Assembly (NCBI GenBank): GCA_024704765.1
Contig: JAKMXF010000087.1
Span: 1-28,910 of the forward strand
Direction of reading: 5' to 3'
Length of the DNA stretch: 28,910 nt
Source of the DNA: Oopsacas minuta
Lineage: Eukaryota > Animalia > Porifera
The notes under the pieces were generated by a model. That model had not been told where the DNA came from. It ran no database searches and saw only the letters and a program-made list of their open reading frames with translations. A program made the translations under genes and the position numbers. This document shows positions 1 through 11,679 of this stretch, piece after piece. How positions within the stretch are numbered: the stretch's first letter is position 1; every line of letters starts with the position of its first letter.

Positions 1-354
1 ATCCTTGTTGTCGTTACAGATGCGGGACGACCAGATCTGGGCTTGTCAGAGACGCTGGCAGTATCTTTATCCTATTAATGGTACGGTATACAAACTTTCG
101 CCTCGTTTTAGGAACATTGAGAATTTTCAAAATTTCACTTTGATCTTTCCCTTTTCGATATAATTCGATAATTGTCAACCTTTCCGTTTCCATCGAGGAA
201 TTTGTCTAGCTAAAACTATGAGATGTTAAGATGAACAGTTTAGAATACTTATAAGACTGTATAGAAGCTTGAAAAGCAAAACCAATTACCTAGCTTTACC
301 ATAAAATCTATGGTTATGTATTAAAGTATGGGACAGAACTTATGGGCCACCCTG
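1..354 (-). mobile_element. 5' end of a Tc1/mariner-superfamily transposon, truncated by the window edge
   Basis: Terminus CAGGGTGG read on the minus strand from 354, next to TA at 355-356. An ORF from ATG 193 runs off the window: METERLTIIELYRKGKDQSEILKILNVPKTRRKFVYRTINRIKDTASVSDKPRSGRPASV (paired-type HTH with GRP motif). The catalytic domain and the other end are not visible. Confidence 0.8.
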
Positions 355-710
355 TATACCAATCAAAAGCTCTTATGTTGCTGAATAGTAAATCACGTTA
401 ATCTTGGCTCCAATGAACAGATGGAATTTACTATTCTCATTTTAAACAAGCTTGTTCGTACAAGTGCAATAAATAGAAACACGTTTCATTAAAACTCTAG
501 TACTTTTATTGCCTTCACTTGCGGAACTTTCCATACACTTTCCTAATAGCTCTTTTCGTTCTCTACAAAATACACTTTAAATTACCTTATCAAGAAGTGT
601 CAATGATATTTTTTTTGCGATTTTAAATGTAATCCATTCACAATTATCTAATTTTTGGCCCATATAAATCATATATAATTGTTGTGGTTGTTTATTAGCA
701 CAATTTCATT

Positions 711-2819
711 ATGAATAACGAAGATGCATACACGTTCTTAATTGCACAAAAGAACTAAACAATCACTTCTCTCGCGTCCTTGTTTATTGTCCTCAATAAT
801 TTGGAAGAAACAGAGCATGATACAGTTCGGAGATAATTTTCGACCCTCAGAGAAGATAGGAGAGAATACCTGAAACGAGCCGATATAACTACTTGGAATG
901 CGATGCCTTTTCACACACCACTTAAACACCCGAGATTAAGTACAGGTTATCAATGCTCAGATGAAGTCATGGTGATTGGGAGTGTTTCTTCTAGCAATCA
1001 ACCTCTGTTTTTGAAGAAGACTTTAGTAAGCCCTCTGAAGGAATTATCAACTAAAGGTCTTCGCAGCCGATTGTCCTCTTTACTAACACATCTTGAAAAA
1101 GTTGCTGTATAAGAGAATGTTTCCGGAAAAGAACTATCCTCTTACCTAATGATGCTATGTTCACAGACTGAATACGACTTTACTACCACCAAATTCTGTA
1201 AAGAAATTATTGCTAAGGGAAGCTTCGGTCCAGTCTGTAATAAATTAATCTGCGATAAAGCTGCGTTCTTGATGGATTCTTTAGAAATTAGAAAGAAGAA
1301 ATACATCGATTTAAGACGTTTGTTGCTTTCAGATGTCCAGCTTCTAGGTTACAATCGATTAGCTACCTATCGATCTCAAATTTGCTTGACTAATGACATC
1401 TTTTCAGTTGATAGATAATAAGGGAAGGCATTGCTGTATCTTACAAAAAGCTTCTGACTCATATAGTAAACAGAATATTGACTGCTTCTGCCAATGAAAT
1501 TCCAAGCTCCAGCAATCCTAAAAAGATACGAATTTCAGATGGACTTGACGGTTCTGGCTCTCACCCAGTTTATCACCAGGCGATTCACTCCAATATATCA
1601 ACAAAAAGTTTTTTTATTCGGGTTTAGGGTGATTTCCATATCCGACATCGATAACAAACTGATTTGGAGAAACCCTCTACCAAATTCTCCTTTCTCAATT
1701 AGACCCGTTGCGATACTAGCTCTACAGGAGAACGAAGACAATATTTGATATCTTATGGATACGCTAATCAATAAGGAGTCCACAGAGATAACGGAAGAGG
1801 GTTTAGATCTAACAAGCGGAATTTGTAAAGTTGAAATTCTACGTTCACAATTGGATGGCAAAATGGCTAAGATTATTAGTGGAGCTGGGGGTGCATGTTG
1901 CCAGTTCTGCACAGCGACATTCAAACAAATCCATGATCCGGATATCGTAAAAGACGGTTTTCCAATTAATCGATTCATCTCAGACTTCAAAGTATTATTT
2001 GATGAAGTCAACGAAGAGGAGTTTCTATCATTATCTTCTGACAACAGATTCAACGTTACACACAGACCAATATCTGACTTAGAAATCATACCCAGTTCGC
2101 CTTTGCAGGCATATCTCCGATGTTTTGGATGGTTTTTACATCTAATTAGCATTTGCATGCAGGAGTATTTAAGTGGTCACCAACTTCTAAGAGAGTCTCA
2201 GATGCTAAAACTTTCGTTACAAGTTTAATTAAAGACAATCTCAATATTATCATTGACATCCCTTCAACACAAGGTGGCACAACGACTACTGGTAATGTGG
2301 TAAGACGATGCTTGATAAGAAAGGATGACAACGATCAAGATTTCCTCTACTGGTTTTTGGCAGTGATCCCATCTGAGTTCAAGTCCCACATAATTGAAAT
2401 TCACACATACCTAGGAGCAATCCTACGCGTCTATAATAGCAGCAGAAGAGTGGATACAGAAGAACTAGCGCTTGTTTGCAATAATATCTACCAGTCAATT
2501 CTCTGTGCATTTCCTTGGACTAATGTTCCCCCGACGTTACATAAACTGTTAGCACATGCACCGGAAATCATCTCAAAGTTTAATGATGGACATGGGCAAA
2601 TATATTCGGAGATACTGAGATCGTCTTGCTCGCAAGTTTTCATTGGAAGAAAATTTAAAGGATGTATTTGTTCGATTGATTTCTCACAGTGATCCCATGC
2701 TGTTAATGAATCGCAAGTTTTCTATTCCAAGGACTCCATCTAGCCAAGGACTTTGAAGTAGCCAAGATATATTAGTGAACACCCTTATTCGTGATCATGA
2801 AGATCATAATGATGATTAA
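711..2819 (+). pseudogene. RAG1-like/Transib transposase, copy A, multiply disrupted
   Basis: Fragments across frames give ISDGLDGSG, PNSPFSIRPVAIL, LDGKM, CQFC, GGTTTTGN, LHKLLAH and SDP, collinear with copy B from MNNEDAY (711) to a stop at 2817-2819. There are several stops and frameshifts, and the segment matching LSEECLESCN (catalytic Glu) is deleted near 2595. Confidence 0.9.
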
Positions 2820-3003
2820 AAGTAAACCTCTCAATCGATTAATAGAAAATTTGGGGAATTTTCACACCTCAGATAGGTTACAATGACGTCATAACTTTGT
2901 CACCTGAAGGGATAGAGAAAAAATGAGTCTACCATTCGATTCGTTGGGGTCGAAAATCTATATGACAATAATACATTTTGAGGACCTATGTGCCATCAAA
3001 ATG

Positions 3004-3039
3004 CCTATTTCCACATTCTGACCATTTCGTGCTACTGTG
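3004..3039 (-). repeat. 3' terminal repeat of RAG1-like element copy A
   Basis: The minus strand reads CACAGTA-GCACGAAATGGTCAGA-ATGTGGAAATAGG, the same heptamer, 16-bp spacer and 13-bp block as the 3' end of copy B. Confidence 0.85.
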
Positions 3040-3521
3040 TACATGTGTGATTTCGTAAAAAGTAAAAATTTGGTAATTATTTATATTGCCTAAAACGTCC
3101 AACAATCTGCCATCGAATGACACCAATTACGTTTAAATCAGAGGTTTACAAGTAAGTAAAATTAGTGATTGAAGTTTACAAGGTCAAATACTAGGCTAAC
3201 TTCACACTCATAGAATAACATCACTCATGCTCCTCAAAATGGCCATCTATTCCTAATATTCAAAATTGCATGACATATAAACATACAAGAATATTTTTGG
3301 ACTATACAGTGTAGTTGATATCTATCATTATTGTATGGCGAATCTCATGGGTAAGCGCGTCAATGAATGCGCTTAGAATATTTAACTGCGTTATAATAAA
3401 GACTATATGTACAGGGTTTGGTACGTGTATATGCGCAGAAGCCCCATCCATCCCGAAAATGAGCGCTTTCTAAAAATACCGTGGAAAACACTGGCCAGTA
3501 CCCCTTCTGGCGGCCAAAATA

Positions 3522-4850
3522 CAACAGGTGTTCAAAAGGTTCCCGACCTTGGTCATAGAATTTTAAGATATAAGATATATTACGAATCTACAATCATAAT
3601 GAACCTTCTTCTATTATCTATTCAGAACTACTTTAACTTTCACCATATCGTCAATAGTTTTCAAGTTACAATTATTTCAAATTTCTCAGTTTGACTATCC
3701 TTGCATTTTTCAGTTTTATGGCTTCAAATTTGAAATTTGAGAAAAGATCCTATATCATAATTCGCACGCTTCTTGGAATTGGCCCGAAGGATATTCTCAT
3801 TGACTTAGAATTCGTTATTGGAGATACTAACCTTTCAAATATTTACTGTGAAGGAGTGGGCCAAGCGGTTTCGTGAAGGACGAAAGTCACTGGAAGATGA
3901 GTAACGAATCGGGCGTCCCAGATCCGCCGTCACTAGCAGTAGCACCTCTGAAATTCGCTGGAGAGTGGAAAAAAAGATCCTCATATCACTGTTGAGGAGT
4001 TAGCTATGAGTGTAGGGATCTCAACGGAAGCTGTTCCTTCCATACTTAACGATTAGCTGAAAGTTAACAAAATTTGTTCGGGGTGGATCTCGCATTCCCT
4101 TACCAAGGACCAAAGGACTGTCGGGTAACTTTTGCAAGAATAATACTCTCCGAGTATAAAGACTCGGATCCAAGAAGGCTGACAGAAATGATTCTGGCGA
4201 CGAGGCTTGGATAAGATACGACGAGCCACTATCCAAAGAAAGACAGTATGGGTCGTAAAAGGTGAGGCGCCTCCTCTCAATGCTAGGTCGGACTTAAGAG
4301 ATCAGAAGGTCCTGTACCCAATTTTCTTTGATGCACATGGCCCAGTTGCCCAGATTATAATACCAAAAGGGGAGACAATTACAAGGGACTTTTATGCCAA
4401 CAGTTTCCTCTCAGAAATAGATAAACATTACTGGGGGCGGAGGCCAAAGTCTGGACGGTGGGACATGCGATTATTGCACAATAATGCACGGCCACATAAA
4501 ACTGAGCTCGTAAGGTCAGAGTTGGATAGAATAAGAGTTGTTGTGGTAGATCACCAACCCTACTCACCTGATCTCGCTCCTTGTGATTTTTGGCTCTTTG
4601 CAAATTTGAAAAAGGACCTTGCAGGCAGACATTTTGATACCAGAATCAACATAGGCAACGCAATTTGGAGATCCCTAAAAGACATCCCGCCCGGAGACTA
4701 CAAAATGTTTTGTTTTTTATGGCTAGGTCATCTACAACGAGCCATAGACGTAAATGGTGATTATTTGAGGAAATATACCAATTGTGCATGTGTATTCTGT
4801 ATAGTTACAAAAATATGCGGTATGGCCGGGAACTTTTTGAACGCCCGTTG
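3522..4850 (+). mobile_element. Full-length mariner element (D34D type), decayed
   Basis: Imperfect TIRs CAACAGGTGTTCAAAAGGTTCCCGACC / CAACGGGCGTTCAAAAAGTTCCCGGCC, TA on both sides, 1329 bp. The transposase from ATG 3718 shows GRP, GDEAW, HNNARPH and YSPDLAPCD with 34 residues between the second and third catalytic positions; the second Asp reads Asn. Confidence 0.92.
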
Positions 4851-5221
4851 TATAATACCAAGTAGGGGTTGGGGAAAATTCCCTTTGGGTGCAAATATCT
4901 TAATGATTAATATAGATAGGGCCATGAAATTTATACAACATCTTGTAAATATGATCGGGGCTATTAATGCCATAATTGATAGTTTAACCATTTTACAAAA
5001 ATGTGTATATTGAAGTCTACCGTGCCCTTATTCCCGGGTGGTTTCTGCCCAATATTAGGGGTTGCTGGCCAAAATCCGAAATATTGTGGAAAATATTTAA
5101 GATCAGCTCTAAAGTATTAAACAAGTATTCAAACGATAGAAAACTATCAATAATGCAATAACATCACTTTGTAAGATAAAAGGCAAAATGTGGCATTTTA
5201 TTGTACCTCTTCCCTTAAGTA

Positions 5222-5672
5222 CAGAATATACTCAGCACTACGTGTCTCGAATTCACAGAATAGTAAAATTTAAGATTGATAATCCATGGTGCATCCAAAT
5301 TACGTTGAATGGCCTTCTGGGGTGACACTGGAGTTACTATGTCGCTTTTGGTTAGCTTCGTGACTCGTATATTCAGAAATTCAGAGAAATTCGAAATTAT
5401 GAATTTGTGATATTTTGTAGTCATCATGACGTAATAACCGCATGATGAATTTGTATTGGTCAGAATTATGACGTCAGGATATTTGTCATATTGAGGGGAC
5501 TTTTGATTCAAATTTCCAACTCATATCATGTATATTGGCTGAGCAGTGAGCAATAATGTGATTTTTCAAAAATCCAAAAAGGCGACAATGATGTCATAAT
5601 TTCGTCATATATGTGAATCTTAAAATTTTACTATTCAGTACCTTCGACGCATGTAGTGCTTAGTATATTCTG
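5222..5672. mobile_element. Non-autonomous MITE, Tc1/mariner-like ends
   Basis: Imperfect inverted repeats of about 55 bp starting CAGAATATACT(C/A)AGCACTAC. Flanks are TA (left) and TT (right). No transposase inside. Confidence 0.75.
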
Positions 5673-6742
5673 TTGCACAGCGGCCTAGCAAGCCAAGATC
5701 GCTAGCACATAAATAATTTCTCTCAGGGTCCTCCATTTATCCAAAAAATGGAGTTTTTTGTGTTTTTTTGGCGGAACCCTCAAATTTGTACACCCATTTC
5801 ATCTGTACCTTTATGATAGAATATTGGAAATTTTGCAAGTGGTGTAATTTGGAAATGTAACTGGATAATCATTTAATATTCAATTGAATCGCTTAATTCA
5901 ATCAGGAAGTGATCTGAAGAAATTCCAGCCAAAATTAGAATGGCCCTTCGGGAATTTTCCAAATTGGGCGGTTTGGCATGGAATGATCCACCTATAACCA
6001 GGGCCGGCGATAGGCATTGAGACCTTTGTGACCGCTTACGATTTTTCCTAATATAATGCATTTGGTAAATTTCTAGAAAAGGGGCTTCAATCAAACCAAG
6101 GATATAAGGATTAACAAAGATAATTTGGGATCAAGACACTTCATCTAGCGATTTACAATTCTGCACCCTTCGATCTTACTCAGGTACATCAAATCATGGG
6201 AAGTAACACCTGTGTTAGATCAAATATCTCACTGCTTCTTAACTTTTTTTATACATTATTGTAGATTGATCAAAATATATGGCAAAAGATGATTCACTTT
6301 AAGGAGCTATATTGTTGGTGCCACAGGGAGGCTGAATTTTCGAAGAGGGGGCTATTATTAGAGGTACTTTATGAGTTAGAGAATCTGTTTAAAAAGTTAA
6401 TGCCCCAGTATAATCTAATGATTTCGGGAAACTATGTGATTTTATGATATTAAAACGGTGCTAACATCTCGTTTTTGGTGTGGGAATTGGTAAAACGAGG
6501 TGGGAAATCTTTAGTGAGCTTTTCATTAAAAACGCAAAACTACGGCCATAATTGGTTATAGTATAATAATTTTGAACATTGCTGTGTCATGAAGCAGTCA
6601 TTTAGGTCGTTTGGAGGCTGCATTCTGCGCCGTTGCAATGGAAATACGAGTCTCTGGGCATGCCGGGCTCTTTTTCACAAAGTGAGAGATCTCTGCATTC
6701 CCAGTTTTATGGAAAATGTCTTCCCATCTCATATCAACAATT

Positions 6743-7143
6743 GAGCAATTCTTACAGCATATTTGAATTCTACGAGTCTGTGTTACCTCACTATGAATAT
6801 TGAGAAAGGTTTACAGCAAATATTACTGAATTATTAGCTTTACATATTTGTGCCACAAGGGGCACATATCAAATATGTTTGCCCCATTTCGTATGTGATA
6901 AAAATGTTGCAATAATTGACATATTTCCACCTAAGCAAATATTTGGGAATCAATTTCGAGAATCTCAAATGATTTCAAAGTTTTTCATTGTGGTGCCAAT
7001 TTTCTAGTGATGAGCATCTTCTGCAGATTGGAGCACCAATTTTCTTTACTTACAAGTACAAGAGATTAGCTCTACACAATTCGAAATATCCATACTGGGG
7101 TAATAGATACTCGTAGAATTCAAATATGCAATAGGAATTGTTC
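6743..7143. repeat. Inverted-repeat element, probable MITE
   Basis: Perfect 21-bp inverted repeat (6757-6777 vs 7109-7129, ACTCGTAGAATTCAAATATGC) that extends imperfectly outward by about 14 bp. No clear TSD. Confidence 0.6.
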
Positions 7144-10071
7144 TATCAAATTTTGGTTTTATCCAATTAAGAATTGAAAATGTAATTTGCTAGTTATCTA
7201 TTAATGAGCTAAGTCTGGCTATAGAATATAAATTATCCAGATTTTCAGGGATTTAGTCAGGATAATGTTACTAGCACAGTTATATAGTTCTTTCAGGAAT
7301 ATTATCTTATGGATATTCAGATTTTCGCCTTATAGCCAGAATGTGTATTTGAATATTTAGTTGTGTTGAAGTACTTATGCTAGGTTAGTATATATATACT
7401 TCCACAAGGGATCATATACTGATTAATTGCGTTTTAATAGTATAGATGACAAACTAACCCAAATTCAACCAAAACTTCTTATAAGAAATAATTTAATAGA
7501 GTGGGAGATTAATAAATGTGCAATTATGCCATTGCCATAAATCCATGCAATAATGATAGTGTCAAGGGTTTTCCGAGGATCTAGCATACCCGAGGCCAGG
7601 CTGCTGCAAGGATTTGCAAGCAGAGGCAAATGCTTAAATTATCCACCCCAGGACCGCCATTGATGTTGTCAAGACGAACTATCTTTGGGTGCCAAACTGT
7701 TCCGAAACAATTTTCCATGCAAATTTGTCCTTAGGACCAGTTTTAGCCAGACAAACTTATCTAGGACAACTTTAAGTCGGCTATAGTTGGTCCGAACAAA
7801 AGACTATGAGCTCTCTTAAAACATCTAACAGTTTTTAGAGTCGTTTGGAGAGATTTTAATTGAATAGGGTACGAAGTTAGCCCCTACATTCCCTACATGT
7901 TGTACCAGAGTCTCCTCACAAATGGTTGTCGAGCCAGTTTTTGATCGATTAGCGGAGAACCTAGCCCCTGTCGAAATGCTGTTCCAATCACAGTTCGTCT
8001 TGAGGTGAGTAGGTACCGACGGAGTTCTACACGAGTGTAGATATTGCGCAAATAGGACTCAATTATATCTGGCTTCAATGGCCTTTACCTCTGGCCCTGG
8101 ACCCCTGGTATACTGAGGGACTTACTGTATCCCCGACTCCCAGTTTGGCATGCTTTTGTATATAATCACTAACCGCCCTAGTCACTAATCCTGGATCCGT
8201 CCCATACATTTGTTAAATTGTATAAATCAACAATTGGATCAACTAATATTTCCAAGTACAATGATTTGTTTGTTGATTAACAATTGATATGTCTCAATTT
8301 CAGTTTATCCATGAGAGTGAGTGAATTACCACCTCATTTTCAAACGTATAGCAACGACCTTGAGCAATATTAACTGTGTCCTCATCTTATTGAGGTATGA
8401 TTGTGGCAAATGTTCGAGCGGGGATAGAATATCGAAAACGATGGATAATTTATGAATGTTCAGCTAAGAGAAACCAGAGCAATATATAGAAAGTACGTAC
8501 AGTTGGTTACTCGTTTCTAATATGCCATTTGTTATTCGAATCTTAAGAATATATTAAGCTAAGAAGATTTAGGATATGTAGATACAATAAAGATACAATC
8601 TCTTTTATTTTGAATGATTCAACTTTTATGTTATGGCACACTAATGTCAAAGGTGATGCAGATGACTATCACCAATTCTTAATTACTTAATTTCTCTCTT
8701 AACTAAATGATTATCACAACTGTATCTTAACTAGTCAATCTGTGAAAGAGGGTTTAAATTAAACATTCTTGTATTCTCAATAGCACCTTTAGAGAGGTAT
8801 TAATTTTTTGATAATGTCTTTTAATTCTGTTATTATACAGCACTACTTATAATGTAAAGATGGCCAAAGTTCGATTTTTTAACTCAAAAACAGAAAATTC
8901 TCGCAATTTCTCGCACGGATGGCTATATTGAAAATATTCCACACTTTCTGATTTAGTATTAATAAAAATGTTTTTTTCACGGATTTTCACGGATAAGATT
9001 ATCATGACGGCATTCTACAATAGCGATGTGATATACTATTATCTAATATGATTAAGCTTTGAGCCAGTTTAAGTAATTATTTAGGCTGATTATATAGATT
9101 ACTTTAACATAGTTTTACTATGTGTATGATCACTGGCATGAATTACGCACAAGAATTCATACCTATCAAATAATTAACAATACTTTAAATACTGGTTTCT
9201 TCACTGTATTTATTCTTTATACCCTCATTGGTCTCCATACTTGCCAAGATTTTTGCATTTAATCGACTTTCGAAAAATTCCATCGATTACCGGATTGCCT
9301 ACGGTTGAACTTCAGAAAGAAATCTTACATTCGGGATAGGTGCTCACTGTACCAACGATTAAGTTAATGTGCCTGTTCTAACCCTTCTTCAGGTTTATTA
9401 ATCCACAATTATCATTTAGCTCAATGAATTGGGATGTATAAGTAATTAATGGGTGCAATGTTGGATTTATTTATATCCATGAGTAATGTTCCAACAGAGA
9501 GTGATAAATTTCTAGACAAAGGACGTAAAGGTTTTCAATATTTACCTTCTGACAGGAAATAGTGGCAGGAAGTAGAGCTGAAAGATTACTGTGTAAAATT
9601 TGAATTTTCATTGTCTTGTTGGTGAATAAACTAAGTGCTGTTTAAAATATCAACTTTCGGAAAAACACCTACGGGCTTCATTTCCAATACTAGATTTTCC
9701 ACACCCATGACGGGATAAGGGCTGACTCTCAAAACATTAAACAAAAAGTCTAACAGTTAAAATATTCAGAAACAATAAACATTGGTAAAAACGTCAACTC
9801 TCCTATTTCGAATGAAACTAATTTCATAAAATTCTTAAATGTGGAATTGTGTCAAATTAGTCATCGAAGTCACCCTAGTCTAATACAATGCTAATTTCCT
9901 CTCTATCCCAAATTCCATTTAATTTTTACACTCCTTAGGCCCCTGATGCATGTGAATAAGTATATTTTGACGCCATCATGTATTAGATATTTCCCTCTTA
10001 TTCAGTTTATTTTACTTTTCACCACCAATGTGAGTGGCCTGCTGCTATTATTGATCTTTTAATACTAGAAA

Positions 10072-11679
10072 ATGACTGAACAAGTTCAGGACATTTCAAA
10101 CATTTTGGCTATTAAATCAGTCAACCATTTTGTTGCGAATCAAAATTCTAAATCAAACACTCTCACAAAATCTTTCCTTTCTAATGATTCAGATGTAGTC
10201 TTACCTCCACTAAATGAGCCTGAAAAGATCTCGATTCCCGAATCAAGAGCTTTAAAGAGCAGTAAACTGCATGGTTATTATTCCACTGATGCTGGTCACC
10301 ATTTAATGGAGTCCTCTGATTTACTTATTTCTGAATTCCCAGATGTTCAGTCCTCCGAACTACATAGTAAAGTTCGCCCATCTTTCAATAAACCATCACC
10401 CAAAAAACCTAACCCCTTGAATCTAACACAACTTAAAACGCCTAGGAATTTAAAAAATACTTCAAATATTAGACATCCACATCATATTGATTGTAATGCT
10501 TTTAAAGGGAGCAGTGGCTATCCATTGACGAATAACAGTTATCCTTTAGCTAATGACACAATTCTCCAACGGCCAAAGGCAATAAATTTAATGTTGGATC
10601 TTGCTCCTCTAGGTGCATTACCCAAAATCGACCAACCTTTAGGATTGAAACAGAATAAGTTTAAGCCAAAGTCTACAAAAAAAGAGTTGCAAGATTCTAA
10701 AGCTCCATTATCAGAATATATTTCTCCAAATTCATGTACTGATTCTCCATTTGCTACGAAGTATGAAGAAATTATTGAACGTTTTACCGGGAAACTCAAG
10801 GTATCAACTAGTGAAATCAGTCCAGAAATTTCATTCTCTGAGGATGATATTGAATTACAAGATGAAATTGGTGGGGGAGTCTCAGGAACTGTGTACATTG
10901 TTGAACACCGAACATCAAAGCTTAAAATGGCCGCAAAAAAGATGAGATGGAAGCCTCATCAAGAGGAACAAAAGCGCATCCTAATGGATTTAGAGATAAT
11001 GTCTATCCAAAAGTCTCCATTTATCGTATTTTACTATGGTTCTTTGGTGGTAAATGATAATGTTTGGCTATATATGGAGTTGATGGATACTTGTCTTGAC
11101 AAGGTACTCAAGAGGCATGGACCATTACCGGAACAAATAGTTGCAAATGTAGTTATTGCAACTCTAAATGCTCTACATTATTTAAAATCTGTCCATGATA
11201 TTATCCATAGAGATGTGAAACCATCAAATATATTGATCAATAAAAAGGGTAATATTAAAATTTGTGACTTTGGAATTTCTAAGCAACTTGTAGAATCTTG
11301 TGTTGAAACAAGAGGAGCCGGACCAATCGCCTACATTTCGCCTGAAAGATTAGATATCGATATGAAGGAATATGATGTTCGCGCTGATGTCTGGAGTTTG
11401 GGTATTTCTGTGATTGAATTACTCACTGGTAAGTTACCCTATTCCCATTGTAAATCTGATATTGAAGTTATGACACGAATAGTTCAAGAACCCCCACCCC
11501 GTCTTCCTGAAATTTTATCTGTATCTCAAGAATGTAAAAGATTTATTGAACTATGCCTGACAAAAGATTATACAAAAAGACCAAAATACCAAGTGTTACT
11601 AGAAACATCGGAATTCGTGAAGAGATATATGGCAGTTCAGGTACCTGTTGCTGAATGGTTTGCTTCGCTAACTAAATAA
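10072..11679 (+). CDS. MAP2K7: Dual-specificity MAP kinase kinase, MKK7-like, 535 aa, no intron in the ORF
   Basis: Complete kinase motifs: GGGVSG, AAKKM, KRILMDL, MELM, HRDVKPSN, DFGIS, SPERLD and DVWSLG. KRILMDL, TKDYTKRPKY and the C-terminal VPVAEWF match MKK7 (KRILMDL, TKDHRKRPKY, VDVASWF) better than MKK4, MKK3/6 or MEK1. Kinase class is secure; the orthology is by eye. Confidence 0.85.
   Translation: MTEQVQDISNILAIKSVNHFVANQNSKSNTLTKSFLSNDSDVVLPPLNEPEKISIPESRALKSSKLHGYYSTDAGHHLMESSDLLISEFPDVQSSELHSKVRPSFNKPSPKKPNPLNLTQLKTPRNLKNTSNIRHPHHIDCNAFKGSSGYPLTNNSYPLANDTILQRPKAINLMLDLAPLGALPKIDQPLGLKQNKFKPKSTKKELQDSKAPLSEYISPNSCTDSPFATKYEEIIERFTGKLKVSTSEISPEISFSEDDIELQDEIGGGVSGTVYIVEHRTSKLKMAAKKMRWKPHQEEQKRILMDLEIMSIQKSPFIVFYYGSLVVNDNVWLYMELMDTCLDKVLKRHGPLPEQIVANVVIATLNALHYLKSVHDIIHRDVKPSNILINKKGNIKICDFGISKQLVESCVETRGAGPIAYISPERLDIDMKEYDVRADVWSLGISVIELLTGKLPYSHCKSDIEVMTRIVQEPPPRLPEILSVSQECKRFIELCLTKDYTKRPKYQVLLETSEFVKRYMAVQVPVAEWFASLTK

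Noticed and set aside
1598-2158. 186-aa minus-strand ORF, and similar ORFs at 10539-10898, 17245-17514, 20521-20943 and 25380-25604
   Set aside because: They are antisense shadows of real coding sequence with no recognisable domains.
2685-2691. Perfect CACAGTG heptamer as a possible RSS or element end
   Set aside because: It lies inside copy A coding sequence (SHSDP, matching CCSDP in copy B), has no second block, and the real end is at 3039.
5676-5690. CACAGCGGCC as another Transib-like left end
   Set aside because: No matching inverted end with a TSD was found; GCTGTG near 6581-6586 does not match beyond 6 bp.
5999-6014. CAGGGCCGGC hAT-like terminus
   Set aside because: No partner end or 8-bp TSD could be located.
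6620-6780. BIR-like minus-strand translation (CKNC..WE..H..KSPACP)
   Set aside because: It spans the boundary of the 6743-7143 inverted-repeat element, lies in a short frame with no start, and its spacing fits poorly.
8085-8203. GC-rich subterminal-like sequence ending AATCCTGGATCCGTCCC
   Set aside because: It looks like a lone MITE end, but no opposite end or TSD was found.
9180-9800. Coding-like stretches and candidate short introns upstream of MAP2K7
   Set aside because: Every frame tried hits stops, no consistent splice model emerged, and no family motif was recognised.
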